Below are positions 35,411 to 49,204 of a DNA stretch of 64,000 bases, in pieces. Below the pieces are notes generated by a model. The model was not told where the DNA came from, ran no database searches, and worked only from the letters and a program-made list of their open reading frames with translations. Position 1 is the first letter of the stretch, and every line of letters starts with the position of its first letter. Made by a program: the position numbers and the translations under genes. The DNA is taken from the NCBI RefSeq assembly GCF_963921235.1, contig NC_086097.1, positions 115,322,001 to 115,386,000 of the forward strand. Direction: 5' to 3'. This DNA comes from Mobula hypostoma (lineage: Eukaryota).

Positions 35411-35978
35411 CAATTAGTGGCCACTTTATTCGGTATCTTCTAAGTCAAATAAAGTGGCTACTGTGTGTATGCTCCTGGTCTTCTGCTGCTGTAGCCCATC
35501 CATTTCAAGATTCAGCATGTTGTGCGTTCAGAGATGCTCTTCTGCACAACACTGTTGTAATGCCTGTTGTGTTGTTACTTGAGGTACTATCACCTTCCTC
35601 TCAGTTTGAATCAGTCTGTCAAATCACCTCTAACCTCTTTCATTAACAATACATTTTCAGCCACGAAACTGTCGTTCACTGGATTTTGAGTTTGGTTTTC
35701 ATACCATTCTCTGTAAGCTCTAGAGAATATTGTGTGAAAATCTCAGGAGATCAGCAATTTCTGAGATACTCAAACCATCCCACCTGACTCCAACAACCAT
35801 TCCACAGTCAATGTCACTTACATCACATTTTTTCCCCATTATGACGTTTGGTCTGAACAACAACTGAACCTCTTGACCATGTCTGCATGCTCTTATGCAT
35901 TGAGTTGCTGCCACATGATTGGCTGATTAGATATTTGCATTAACGAGCAGGTGTACCTATTAAAGTGGCAACTTAGTG
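35411..35978 (-). mobile_element. Tc1/mariner deletion derivative
   Basis: TIRs caattagtggccactttatt / attaaagtggcaacttagtg with TA on the left; transposase N-terminus MGKKCDVSDIDCGMVVGVRWDGLSISEIADLLRFSH. Confidence 0.88.
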
Positions 35979-36275
35979 TGGAGTACATCATCCATAAAGA
36001 TCATATAGCTCAATACAGTATTGTGCAGGCTCTTCAGCTCACAATGGTGGGCAAACTTTTTTAACTTACTCCAAGATCAATCAAACCCTTCCCTTCCACA
36101 TAGTCTCCATTTTTCATTTGTTCATCTGCTTATCTTAGAGTCTTTTAAATGTCCTTAATGCATCTGCTTCCACCACCAACCCTGGCAGAACATTTCACAC
36201 ACCCACCACACTCCTCTCTAAAGCATCCACATCCTTTCTTTAATGAGACAACCAGACTGAATGCAATATTCCAAG

Positions 36276-38070
36276 TAGACAGAAACAGGTGAATTGATTA
36301 TGGGGAACAAGGACATGGCAGACCAATTGAATAATTACTTTGGTTCTGTCTTCACCAAGGAGGACATAAATAATCTTTCAGAAATAGTAGGGGACAGAGG
36401 GTCCAGTGAGATGGAGGAACTGAGCGAAATGCATGTTAGTAGGGAAGTGGTGTTGGGTAAATTGAAGGGATTGAAGGCAGATAAATCCCCAGGGCCAGAT
36501 GGTCTGCATCCTAGAGTGCTTAAGGAAGTAGCCCAAGAAATAGTGGATGCATCAGTGATAATTTTTCAAATCTCGTTAGATTCTGGACTAGTTCCTGAGG
36601 ATTGGAGGGTGGCTAATGTAACTCCACTTTTTAAAAAAGGAGGGAGAGAGAAACCGGGGAGTTATAGACCGGTTAGCCTAACATCGGTGGTGGGGAAACT
36701 GCTGGAGTCAGTTATCAAGGATGTGATAACAGCACATTTGGAAAGCGGTGAAATGATCGGACAAGGTCAGCATGGATTTGTGAAAGGAAAATCATGTCTG
36801 ACGAATCTCATAGAATTTTTTGAGGATGTAACTAGTAGAGTGGATAGGGGAGAACCAGTGGATGTGGTATATTTGGATTTTCAAAAGGCTTTTGACAAGG
36901 TCCCACACAGGAGATTAGTGTGCAAACTTAAAGCACACGGTATTGGGGGTAAGGTATTGGTGTGGGTGGAGAATTGGTTAGCAGACAGGAAGCAAAGAGT
37001 GGGAATAAACAGGACCTTTTCAGAATGGCAGGCGGTGACTAGTGGGGTACCGCAAGGCTCAGTGCTGGGACCCCAGTTGTTTACAATATATATTAATGAC
37101 TTGGATGAGGGAATTAAATGCAGCATCTCCAAGTTTGCAGATGACACGAAGCTGGGTGGCAGTGTTAGCTGTGAGGAGGACGCTAAGAGGATGCAGGGTG
37201 ACTTGGCTAGGTTGGGTGAGTGGGCAAACTCATGGCAGATGCAATTTAATGTGGATAAATGTGAAGTTATCCACTTTGGTGGCAAAAATAGGAAAACAGA
37301 TTATTATCTGAATGGTGGCCGATTAGGAAAAGGGGAGGTGCAACGAGACCTGGGTGTCATTATACACCAGTCATTGAAAGTGGGCATGCAGGTACAGCAG
37401 GCGGCGAAAGAGGCGAATGGTATGCTGGCATTTATAGCAGAGGATTCGAGTACAGGAGCAGGGAGGTACTACTGCAGTTGTACAAGGCCTTGGTGAGACC
37501 ACACCTGGAGTATTGTGTGCAGTTTTGGTCCCCTAATCTGAGGAAAGACATCCTTGCCATAGAGGGAGTACAAAGAATGTTCACCAGATTGATTCCTGGG
37601 ATGGCAGGACTTTCATATGAAGAAAGACTGGATGAACTGGGCTTGTACTCGTTGGAATTTAGAAGATTGAGGGGGGATCTGATTGAAACGTATAAGATCC
37701 TAAAGGGATTGGACAGGCTAGATGCAGGAAGATTGTTCCCGATGTTGGAGAAGTCCAGAACGAGGGGCCACAGTTTGAGGATAGAGGGGAAGCCTTTTAG
37801 GACCGAGATTAGGAAAAACTTCTTCACACAGAGAGTAGTGAATGTGTGGAATTCTCTGCCACAGGAAACAGTTGAGGTCAGTTCATTGGCTATATTTAAG
37901 AGGGAGTTAGATATGGCCCTTGTGGCTACGGGGGTCAGGGGGTATGGAGGGAAGGCTGGGGCGGGGTTCTGAGTTGGAGGATCAGCCATGATCATAATAA
38001 ATGGTGGTGCAGGCTCGAAGGGCCGAATAGCCTACTCCTGCGCCTATTTTCTATGTTTCTATGTTTCTAT
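36276..38070 (+). mobile_element. Young 5'-truncated CR1 LINE with nearly intact RT
   Basis: 400-aa ORF KSPGPDGLHPRVLKE..YLDFQKAFDKVPH..GVPQGSVLGP..KFADDTK; single frameshift near 37437; (ttctatgt)n tail; nested in an older minus-strand CR1. Confidence 0.96.
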
Positions 38071-38559
38071 GATCTAACTAGAGTGCTATAGAGCTGCAAC
38101 ATTACCTATGTTTTTGTCATTGGAAAAGGTCTGTGTGAGAAAACAAGCACATCTCACTTCCATTTGTTGATGGACTAAATGTTGCTATATTTTTGTCAAT
38201 GTAGTAACCAAATAAATTAGACTTTATTACTAAATCTGTATCCTTTTTCTTGTGATTGTCTACTGTAAGTGAAATAACTTGAGAAACTTCTGTTTAATTC
38301 AAAATATGAAATAATTAATCTAATAGAAATTTGAAATGACTGCCATACCATGAAATGCATTATGGGCTTACAATTAAACACTTAAATTTATATAACTTTT
38401 GCAGTTATTGTTTTAAAAATTTGTAATTATTAATCGCAAGCAACATATTTCACCATCCAAAACTAGCCTGTTTCAAAAAATTATTTTGTTTTTCCTAATT
38501 CATATCACTGGCACAGTCTGATGATGATTTCACTATGGATGGTGAGCATTGCTTGTACT

Positions 38560-38990
38560 ACCTGGAGATTAGAAGAGTGGTGGTGGGGGGTGGGGCGGGG
38601 GTCAGGATCTCTTTGAAACCTATCAATTATTAAGAGATCTAGATAGAGTGGATGTGGAGAGCATGTTTCCTATAGTGTGTGAGTCAAGGATTAGAGGGCA
38701 GAAAGATATCCCTTTAGAACCGAGATGAGGAGGAATTTCTTTCACCAGATGTTGATGAATTTGTGGAATTCATTGCCACAGATGGCTGTGGAGGCCAAGT
38801 TGTTGGGTATGTTTAAAGCGGAGGTTGATGGGTTCTTGATTAGTAACGGTGTGAAAGGTCATGGGGAGAGGGCAAGATACTGGGGTTGAGAGAGATAATG
38901 ATCAGCTGTGATGGAATGGTGGAGCAGATTCGATGGGCTGAATGACCTAATTCTCTTTAGCCTTATGTATAGTCTTATTGTCTTAATATG
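38560..38990 (+). mobile_element. CR1 3' end, degenerate
   Basis: gagatgaggaggaatttctt..gaatttgtggaattcattgcca; gatgggctgaatgacctaattct. Confidence 0.8.
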
Positions 38991-39761
38991 GAGCTATCAA
39001 TTTCAAAGAAGTGTGGCACTGTGTTCTATGGGACAGTCTTCTTTTTCTCAATTATGAAGAGATTTGAATGCTGTTGTCCTAGTCCGTGTTATTCTCCACT
39101 GCCATAAAGGTCGGAGTATACCACCTTGAGAACATTATAACTGCTGATGACTACTCTATTGGGAAAGTATAATGGATGACATAATTAGAGGACACATTCT
39201 AAGTATTTCTGCACCATGATTTAATTTGTCTCACTGGCGTGTGATACCTTTAAAAGTAACTTCTCTCCTGGGAAGAATAACTTCCATTTGCCTTATACAT
39301 GAGTTACATTCAAATATATCAAAGTAAAATGTCCCACAGGAGCAACAGTAAACAGACTTGTGATTTTCTTCATACAAGAATGCTTATACAGAAGGTGATA
39401 GATAAATATTTTTAACAGAAGTATTGACTATTTTAGGTCCTAATAGAACAACAAGCGAAAGATGCCCATGTTACCACCTGTTAATGGATTTTATATTGAT
39501 ATGCAGTAGCTAATCAACTAAATCAATAAGCTCCCTTTACTTCAGCAAAGGTAACAATAAGCTAATGCCAAGAGAAAAATACTTGGACTGAGGAGAATGG
39601 CCGAGGTGGCTGAATATAAAACACGACTGTCAAACATTAAGCAGTTCTACACAGTCACATAAGCAGGAAGGTGATATGCTTGCAGGTAACCATTTTTTCA
39701 CAAAGCTTCAATCAGCACATATGTTGTTATTCTTTTTCATTATTTTCCACCAGGCTGTTGT

Positions 39762-40617
39762 TTGAGTGGGCAAATTCATGGCAGATGCAATTTAATGTGG
39801 ATAAATGTGAAGTTATCCACTTTGGTGGCAAAAATAGGAAAACAGATTATTATCTGAATGGTGGCCGATTAGGAAAAGGGGAGGTGCAACGAGATCTGGG
39901 TGTCATTATACACCAGTCATTGAAAGTGGGCATGCAGGTACAGCAGGCGGTGAAAAAGGCGAATGGTATGCTGGCATTTATAGCGAGAGGATTCGAGTAC
40001 AGGAGCAGGGAGGTACTACTGCAGCTGTACAAGGCCTTGGTGAGACCACACCTGGAGTATTGTGTGCAGTTTTGGTCCCCTAATCTGAGGAAAGACATCC
40101 TTGCCATAGAGGGAGTACAAAGAATGTTCACCAGATTGATTCCTGGGATGGCAGGACTTTCATATGAAGAAAGACTGGATGAACTGGGTTTGTACTCGTT
40201 GGAATTTAGAAGATCGAGAGGGGATCTGATTGAAACGTATAAAATCCTAAAGGGATTGGACAGGCTAGATGCAGGAAGATTGTTCCCGATGTTGGGGAAG
40301 TCCAGAACGAGGGGTCACAGTTTGAGGATAAAGGGGAAGCCTTTTAGGACCGAGATTAGGAAAAACTTCTTCACACAGAGAGTGGTGAATCTGTGGAATT
40401 CTCTGCCACAGGAAACAGTTAAGTCCAGTTCATTGGCTATATTTAAGAGGGAGTTAGATATGGCCCTTGTGGCTACGGGGGTCAGGGGGTATGGAGGGAA
40501 GGCTGGTGCAGGGTTCTGAGTTGAATGATCAGCAATGATCATAATAAATGGCGGTGCAGGCTCGAAGGGCCGAATGGCCTACTCCTGCACCTATTTTCTA
40601 TGTTTCTATGTTTCTAT
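39762..40617 (+). mobile_element. Young CR1 3' copy, same subfamily as 36276-38070
   Basis: Near-identical to 37217-38070, including the tail. Confidence 0.95.
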
Positions 40618-41122
40618 ACTATTTCCTTCCATGTCATTACTATATTCTATTTCTCTTTTTTAAATAGTATTATGACATCAATACTACCTGGTGCATCGTG
40701 AGCAAAGTAGGAATAGTTGTATAAATAGTAGTTTACATTTAAGAATTTGAATAAATACAATCATTTAATCTTCAGTAGTTTAGTACTTATTCCCCCCCCC
40801 CCACCCCAGAAGTATAATAATGCAACCTCTGCAATGTCAGTCTTGCCTTATGTTCGGATTCATGGAAACTTGTTCCCCTGGAGAGTCCATATGCGTGAAA
40901 TGTCAGCAAATCCAACACCTTGGAAACAAGGTGGCCGAACTTGAGGAGGAAGTAGCTGACCTGCGATGTTGTAGAGAATTGACAGAGGTGATCCAGGTGT
41001 CCTTAAGGAAGATAGTGTGTACCCCTAGAGAGCCATAGGTTGAGACAGCAGAGCAGAAAGAAAGAGACAGGTGGGTGACCATGAGAAGAAAGCACAAAGG
41101 TCAGAGGTTCACACTGTTTGGG

Positions 41123-41220
41123 GGGGATCAACTTCACAGTTGGAAACGTCCAACCATTTTGTACATCTAGCGGGGATCAACTTCACAGTTAGAAGCGTCC
41201 AACCATTTTGTACATCTAGC
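41123..41220 (+). repeat. 49-bp tandem duplication within CR1 ORF1
   Basis: ggggatcaacttcacagtt(g/a)gaa(a/g)cgtccaaccattttgtacatctagc twice. Confidence 0.92.
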
Positions 41221-43208
41221 GATGCTCAACAATAACCATGAAACTTCTGCAGTGGTAGACAGGACAGAGGAGTCCCACAGGACCCTCCCTAATCCGAAAC
41301 ATAAACCCCGTAGGAAAGAAGTTGTGATAGAAGGGGACTCAATCATCAGGGGGGTTGAGAATCTGGACTGTCCTGACAAGGAATCTCATATGGTGTGTTG
41401 CCTACCAGGAGGACAAGTAGTAAACCTCTCTGGGAGAGTAGATAAGCTTCTGGCCAGAGCTGGGGTGGATCCAGTAATCATTGTACACATCGTGACAAAT
41501 GACACAGGTAAGGGCAGGCTGTCATTTCTACAAGACAAACTTAAAGAGTTAGATGGGAAGCATGGGGACAGAATTGGCAAGCTGGTCTTCTCGGAAGTTC
41601 TGCCTGTGCCACACAGCAGTCCAGGTAAGATGAAAGAGATTAGAAAATTTAATGTTTGGCTCAAAACATGGTGTAGGTTAGAAGGGCATAGGTGTATGGG
41701 ACATTGGGTGCCTTTCAGGGCAGATGGAACCTCTACTGTCAGGATGGGTTGCATTTGAACCAGAGGGGCACTAATGTACTGGTCAGGCTTATGCTTCTGT
41801 TAGTTGAGGACAGTTAAAACTAAGGAATAGTGGAGGCAGGGAACTTAGAACAGGCCAGGCTCACCTTAGTGGAGAATCACATATTAGGACATAAACCGAT
41901 TATAGGCTTCAAAAATATAAAAATGGGTTGGAATATGATGAAAAACATCAATAATAGACTAAGCATAGCCTGTATAAATGCAAGAAGTATTAAGAATAAA
42001 ATAAATGAGCTGGAATTATATGCAAGTGCGTGTAAGTATGAGAAATAGCAATAACTGAAACCTGGCTGGACGGTGATGAATATAGTGTTAAACGATATAC
42101 TTTACTTAGGAAGGATTGACAAGATCGTAAAGGCAGAGGAGGAGCCATGTATGTAAGAGAGAATTTAAACATAAGGCTGCTTATGATAAGAGATGAATCA
42201 AGATTTAGTGAAGATAGAAAGCTACAAGGATAAAGGAATAACATTGGGTCTATGTTATAGACCACCCCTAATGCTGATAGTGATTTTAATAAACAACTTT
42301 ATCAGAATACAAGTTCTGAGGGTGATTTTATAGTCTTGGGTGACTTTAATTTCCCAAATATTAATTGGGAGAACCCAGTGACCAATGGATTACAGGAAAG
42401 TGAATTCATTGAGTTATTGAATGATTGTTTTTTGGCCTAGTATGGTAATACAGCAAGAAGAGGAAAGGCCTGTCTAGATTTGATATTCTGTAGCAATCAG
42501 GATAGAATTTTAAGCATGGAAGACGTTGAACCTTTAGGAACAAGTAAACATAACATTGCCAGTCTTGAAGTGTTTTGGGAGAGTGTATCAGTAAAAACCA
42601 AAGCAATTAAATTGAATTTCAGAAAGACAACATTTGTGTAGATGTGGCAAAGACTTCAGAAGGTAAACTGGAAGGAACTGCTTGACGTTGAGTCAGCTGA
42701 GAAACAATGGGGTTGATTTAAAGAGGTAATACACGCAGTGCAGGAAATGTTCATACCTAAGATCTGGAGAAGCAATAAAAATAATAGTTCAATTACATGA
42801 ATGAATAAAGATATACATTAAAATTATTGAAGAAAAAACAGCTATATAAGGAATACAGAAAAAATAGTAATGATGTTAACCTTAGGGCATATGAAAATAT
42901 GAGAGCTATAGTCAAGAGTGCGCTTTGCATTTGCCAAAAGGCAGGTTGAAAAGGATATTGCTAATAATGCTAAATTTGTCCTTAAGAGATTTTTTTCAAT
43001 ACTTTAGTAATAAAAGGAAAGTCAAAGAAGAAGTTAAGTGTATCAAGAATAAAAATGGAGTGTTAAAATATGCAGTGAAGGACATAGAACATCATTTAAC
43101 TCATAATTTGCTGAAGTATTCACCTGCAAAGATGCTAGCATTATGCCAATAAGTGTAGAGATAAATAAGGTTTTAAAAAAAGGATCTGATGTTTCCCCAG
43201 TGTATATG

Positions 43209-43388
43209 ACAAATAAATTCTTCTTGAACTTCCAGCTAGGTACAGATATCGATTATAACTGACGTTTCGATGACAAACTCTGCCATCTTCCAGCATCATC
43301 TCTGATGAAGGTGGCGGATTTTGTCATCGAGACATCTGTTATAATAAATACCTGTACCTGGCTGGGAGCCCAAGATGAGTTTATTTGT
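43209..43388. repeat. Foldback element of two inverted hammerhead-like units
   Basis: ~80-bp imperfect inverted arms; CTGATGA-aggtggcggattttgtcatc-GAGAC on +, gatggcagagtttgtcatc-GAAACGTC on -. Confidence 0.75.
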
Positions 43389-43984
43389 AAAAACAAGGTT
43401 GTTTTAAGTGAATGAGAGATCTTAGAAAGTGAGGTCCTGCTTCAGCTGAAAAGGCTGAAAGTTAATAAAGCTCAGTATCAGACAACATACTGTATATCCA
43501 AGGATACTTAAAGAGGTCTGTGATTACATATACAAACCCCTAACATTTATTTTTCAAAAGTCATTGGAGACTGGTGAAATCCCTAAGGACTTGAAATGGG
43601 CCAACATTATCCCAGTATATAAGAGGGGTGACTGCATTGACCCTGGTAACTATAGACCAGTAAGCTTAACATGTATCGCAGGCAAGATAATGGAAACAAT
43701 AATAAGGAATGAGATGGAGAAGCAGCTGACAAGGACAGGCATGTTATCAGAAAGCCAACACGAGTTCAGAAAGGGGAAATCATGTTTTACTAATATATTG
43801 GAGTTCCATGAAGAAGTAACTGAAATTTATGATAACAATAGAGTGGTTGATATCATTTACTTGGACCTTCAGAAAGCTTTTGACAAGGTACCCCACGAGA
43901 GGTTAATAATCAAATTACAGTAGGTAGGGATTCAGGGTAAGGTGTGTGAATGGGTGCAGAATTGGCTCAAAAACAGAAAAAAAA

Positions 43985-46900
43985 ACTGAGGCAGTACCCT
44001 CTAGTCCTAGACTCCCCCATTGAGGGAAGCATCCACTCCACATCCACTCTATCTGGTGGTGGCACCATTAGTCTCGTAAGACCATGGATCTGCGCCTGGA
44101 AAGTTCCATGGCGCAGGCCTGGGCAAGGTTCTGTGGAAGACTGGCAGTTGCCCATGCAGCGAGTCTCTCCTCTCCACGACACCGATGTTGTCCAAGGGAA
44201 GGGCAAGGGCCGATACAGCTTGGCCCCAGTGGCGGCTCAGGGGTTGCCAGAATGAGGTTGAAGGCAATGTCAGACTGCCTTAGGGACTCCAGCTCCGGAT
44301 TTGTCCTCAGGGTTTACTCCTGAAGCCTTTCCCATGAGTGGGTATGGCCGCAAGGTAGCGGAGGTTTGAAATCAGAGTTTTCCCTCTCTTAGACAGACTG
44401 CCTTCCCAGGCTGACAAGCTCTATCTACCCGAAACACTGGTTTTAAGGCGCCAGTAACTGCATTTGCCCCTTCTCCTGTCAGTAGAAACAGTTCCACCAG
44501 GCTTAGAGGCTAATCCACACGAGGAAGCCAGGAGTTGGACTTGGTTGTCAGAGGCTATTTGAGGCGCATGCCAAGCGGAGCACTTTTAGATAGTGGGAGC
44601 TTGTCCCCTCAGCTTAACAACCTTGGAACCACACTCTATCTAGGCCTTTCAATATTCAGTACGTTTCAATGAAATGCTCCCGCTCATTCATCAAAACTCC
44701 AGAGAGTTCAGGTACTGGACCATCAAATTCTCCACATACATTAACCCTTTCATTCCTGGAATCAATCTTGTAAACTTCCTCTGGACCCTCTTCAATGCCA
44801 GTACATCTTTTCTTAGATAGGGGGTCCAAAACTGCTCACAATACTCCAAGTGCGACCTTATAAAGCCTCAGCATCACACCCTTACTCTTATATTCTAATC
44901 CTCTCAGAATCAATGCTAACATTGCATTTGTCTTCCTTACCACTGATGCAACCTGCAAGTTAACATTCAAGGAATCCTGCACGAGGACTCCAAATCTCTT
45001 AGCAATTTTTGATTTTATGCCCAGTTTAAATAATAGTCTACCCCTTTATTTCATCTACCAAAATGCATGACCATACACTTTATTCCATCTGCATTTCTTT
45101 GCCCATTCTCCAAATCTGTCTAATTCCTTCTATAGTCTCCTTCCTTCCTTAGCACTATCTGTCCCAATATCATCTGCAAACTTGGCTAGGAAGCCATCAA
45201 TTCCATCATCCAAATTATTGACATATATCGTGAAAAGTAACAGTCCCAATATTCACCCCTGCGAACCACTGCTAGTCACTGGCAGCCAACCAGAATCATA
45301 CTTCTTCCTATAGATACTGCCTGGCCTGCTGTGTTCCACCAGCATTTTATGTGTGTTGCTAGGCCTTCTTTATTCCTAATCTGCCTCCTGTCAACCAGCC
45401 AATCATCTGTCAATCAAGTAACTTTCTTGTAATACCATAGGCTCTTACCATGTTAAGCAGCCCATGTGTGGCACTTTTCAAAGCCCTTCCAAAAATAAAA
45501 AAAAACAACATCTACCGACTCTCCTTTGTCTATTCTACATGTTATTTCCTTAAAAATTCCAACAGATTTATCAGATAAGATTTCCCTTTAAGGAAATCAT
45601 GCTGACTTTGCAATACTTTATCATGTGCCCCCAAGTACCCTGATACCTCATCCTTCCTAATCTTGAGGTCAGACTAACTGGCCTATAATTTACTTTCTTC
45701 TGCCTCCCTCCCTTCTTAAAGAGTTGAGTGACATTTGCAATTTTCTGTCCCCTGAAAGCATTCCAGAATCTAGTGGTTCTTGAAAGATAATTGCTAGTGC
45801 TTCCACAATCTCTTCCATTACCCCTTTCGGAACCCTGCAATGTAGTCCATCTGATTCAGGTGACTTATCTACCTTCAGACCTTTCAGTTTCCCAAACACC
45901 TTCTCCTTAGTAATAGCAACCACACTCACTTCTGCCCCTGACACTTTTGAATTTCTGTCATATTGCTGGTGTCTTCCACAATGAAGACAGGCCCAAAGTC
46001 CTTATTAAGTTTGTCTGCCATTTCTTTTGTTCCCCCATTACTACCTCTCCAGCATCATTGTCCAGCAGTTCAATATCCACTCTTGCCTCTCTTTTACTTT
46101 TTATATTGTATATCTGAAAAACTTTTGATATCTTCTTTTATATTATAGCTAGCTTATCTTCATATTTCATCTTTTCTCTCCTTACATTTTTAATTGATTT
46201 CTGTTGCTTTTCAAAAGCTTCCCAAGTCCTCTAACTTTCCACTTTTTTCTCTCTGTCATACACCCTCTCATTTGTTTTTATGCTGTCTTTGACTTCCTTT
46301 GTTAGCCACAATTGCTTCATCCTCCCTTTAGAATATTTTGGGATGTATCTATCCTACATCATTCAAATTGTCCCAGAAGCTACTGCTATTGCTGTTCTGG
46401 TGTTTCCTTCCAATGAACTTTGTCCAGCTTCTTTCTCATGAGTCTGTAATTCCCTTTACTTCACTGTAATACAGATACTCCTGACTTTATTTTCTCCATC
46501 TCAAAACTCAGGGTGAATTCTTTCTTATTATGATCACTGCTCCTAAGGGTTCCTTTACCTTAAGCTCCTGAATCAATTTCGGTTCTTTACCCTGCATCAC
46601 TTCCAGAGTTGCCTTTCCCTTAATGAGCTCAACCATAAGCTGCTCTAAATATTCATGTAGTAGGCATTCTACAAATTGTCTCACTTGGGGTCCAGCACCA
46701 ACCAACCTAATTTTCCCAATCTGCCTGCATGTTGAATTCCCCCATGACATTTGTAACAGTGACCTTATTACATGCCTATTCTATCTCCTGTTGTAACTTA
46801 TGTCACACATCCAGACTACTGTTCAGAGGCTTGCATATAACTCCCAGTAGGGTTTTTTTTTAACCCTTGGAGAATATTAACTCTATCCAGAAGGATTTTA

Positions 46901-47490
46901 CATCTTCCAGTCCGGGTCATCTCTTTCTAAGGATTTGATTTCACTTTTATTTTTTTTACCAACAAAGCCACCTGCCTACCTCCCTGTCCTTCCAATATAA
47001 GCTGTATTCTTGGATGTTAAGCTCCACAATATCATCATCTTTCAGCCACAACTCAATGATGCCCACAATATCATACCTGTCAAAATCTAACTGCAGTAAA
47101 AGTTCTTCTGCCTTATTCCATACACTGTGTGCATTCAAATATAACACCTTCAGTCCTGTATTCATCATTTTTTTTTTGCTTTTGGCCCCATGTTACACTT
47201 CAAATCATCCCATTGACTGCAATTTTGCCCTATCATCTGCATCTCCTTCCTCATAGTCTCACTACACAATTCATCGATTTTCATAGCATTCGCCCCATCC
47301 TTAACTCTATTACTTTGTTTCCCATCCCTCTGCCAACTTAGATTAAACCCTTCCCAACAGTTCTAGTAAACATGCCCACAAGGATATTGGTCACTCTCGG
47401 GTTCAGGTGTAACCCAACCTTTTTGTACAGGTTATACCTTCCTCAGAAGAGATCCTAATGATCCAGCCCCTGCACCACTCCCTCTGTCAC
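43985..47490 (-). mobile_element. Degenerate near full-length CR1 LINE
   Basis: LKVLYLNAHSVWNK; LKGLKVDKSPESDGLH; FKKGGRQK.VNYRPVSLTS; SRTRGY. Confidence 0.88.
44055..44631 (-). mobile_element. Non-autonomous RTE-like element nested in CR1
   Basis: 10-bp TSD CACTCTATCT at 44045-44054 and 44632-44641; 3' part shared with the SINE at 7797-8104. Confidence 0.8.
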
Positions 47491-48759
47491 TAAAACATCA
47501 GCTTCCTATTTCCCTCCGCTGATGCTGCCTGACCCACTGAGTTCCTCCAGCAGCTGCTTGTTTCCTTCACATAATAATAAAATTGGACAGCACAGTATCA
47601 AGTGAATATTCAACATAACAGACAACCCAGTACATTATGTTCTATCTGTTTTGAGATGCGCAGAATTATAAATTAGTGGAGCTAAAATTAATCTAATTTA
47701 AAGCATGTTCATTATTGTTGTCAATTTCAAAGAACCTTATCAGTGCTTTGCATTAATAATGTTCTCATAGTTACAGGCAAAGCTCAGCATGGGTTTATTC
47801 ACCCTTCCATCTGCACCTACTGAATGTAATCACAAAACAACCTGCTAATACAAACTATGCAGATGCTGAAGCCTAGGGCTGCAAGTAATCTGTGCGAGGG
47901 TCCCAGCAAGTCAAGCAGCACTTGAAGTTTCCGTTTCAAATCTCTGCTTCAGAACCCACTTGGCGACAATCTTGTAGAATGCTCTAATTGGGTGGAGGGG
48001 AAAGATCATCAACAAAATTTGAGTCTTACCAATGGACAGTTATTAATTTTAAGAGACCAAAAATGTAGTCAAAGAGTTGGATTCCAAGGAGTATCTTAAA
48101 GAAAAACCTGATATACACCTGAAAGTTCAGGGAAAATTCAGTATTTAGGGCTTTGAGAGATGATTACAAAGGTTCATAGGCATGGAAAAGGGCCAAAAGC
48201 TGAAGAAATATAGAAGTCTTGGAGGTTTTTATGGCTAGAAAGGGTTACTGAGGTTAGGGCCAGAGAGGATTTTGAAAACAAAAGTTGAAGTTTTAAAACT
48301 GAACCACTTGCTCCAGCAGGAGCCAGGACAGCAAGCACAATAGTGATGACTGTATTGTATGAATTAAGCAACAGAGAGGACGTTTTCTTCTTGTTAATTT
48401 TCATCCTTTAGCTCATGAGTATCTCCCATTCATTAAATTGGTCAGGTCATCCAGGTTGCCATTAATTGGATTTATGAATTTAATAACCTCGCCCAGAAGA
48501 ACCGGCTAATCACGTCAGAATTTATGCTCGCATCACACTTCTAAACTGAAATGTGATAATGCAGAGATTATAAATTCATCTGTTGAGTGAGCACTCCAGA
48601 ATGCTCAAACAGTATCACAAATCCCAGCTTTCTCACCACCCTATCACTGCATTTGTGAGGGAAATTACTGAGAAGCAAGAGCAAAAAAAAAAGCTCTCTT
48701 TATGATCTTATCTAACTGTGACACCACTATCAGATCCATAATTCCTTGGAAGTGGCATC

Positions 48760-49187
48760 ACACATAAAGAGAGCTTTCGGTACATTATCCTGAAGAGGGG
48801 TCTCATCATGAAACATCTATTTCCATAGATACTTCCTGATCTGCTGAGTTCCACCAGTGTGCGTTGTTTTGGCACAGTCTTCATAAATCAATGTATTGAG
48901 TACAGGAGTTGGAATATTGTGTTGAAGTTATGTTATGTTATAAGACATTGGTGAGGCTTAATTTGAAGTATTGTGCGTAGATCTGGTCACCTGTCTACAG
49001 GAAAGATAACAATAAGAATGAAGAGCACAGAGGAAATTTACAAGGATGTTGCTAGGACTTGAGCAGCTGAGTTACAGGGAAAGGCTGAATAGGTTAGGAC
49101 TTTATTCTCTACAGCACAGGAGAATGAGGGGAGATTTGATAAAGGTACACAAAATTATGGGGGATATAGATAGGATAAATGCAAGTA
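48760..49187 (+). mobile_element. CR1 RT C-terminal fragment with small Penelope-tail insert
   Basis: ataagacattggtgaggcttaatttgaagtattgtg; gagaatgaggggagatttgat; cctgaagaggggtctc..gaaacatc insert. Confidence 0.75.
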
Positions 49188-49204
49188 TCCCAAAGGGTTG
49201 CCAT

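Larger units (their letters stand above)
40818..43975 (+). mobile_element. CR1 LINE 5' portion: ORF1 (Zn finger, coiled coil, SGNH esterase) and ORF2 EN/RT, degenerate
   Basis: MQPLQCQSC..CVKC..VAELEEEVADLR; VVIEGDSIIRG..VCCLPGG..HIVTND; gatgggttgcatttgaac (DGLHLN); CINARSIKNK; NYRPVSLTC..YLDLQKAFDKVPH. Confidence 0.92.

Noticed and set aside
47530..48700. Repeat-poor, TAAT-rich stretches as conserved enhancers (also ~26430-26900, 32080-32300, 63000-64000)
   Set aside because: Plausible but untestable without cross-species alignment or chromatin data
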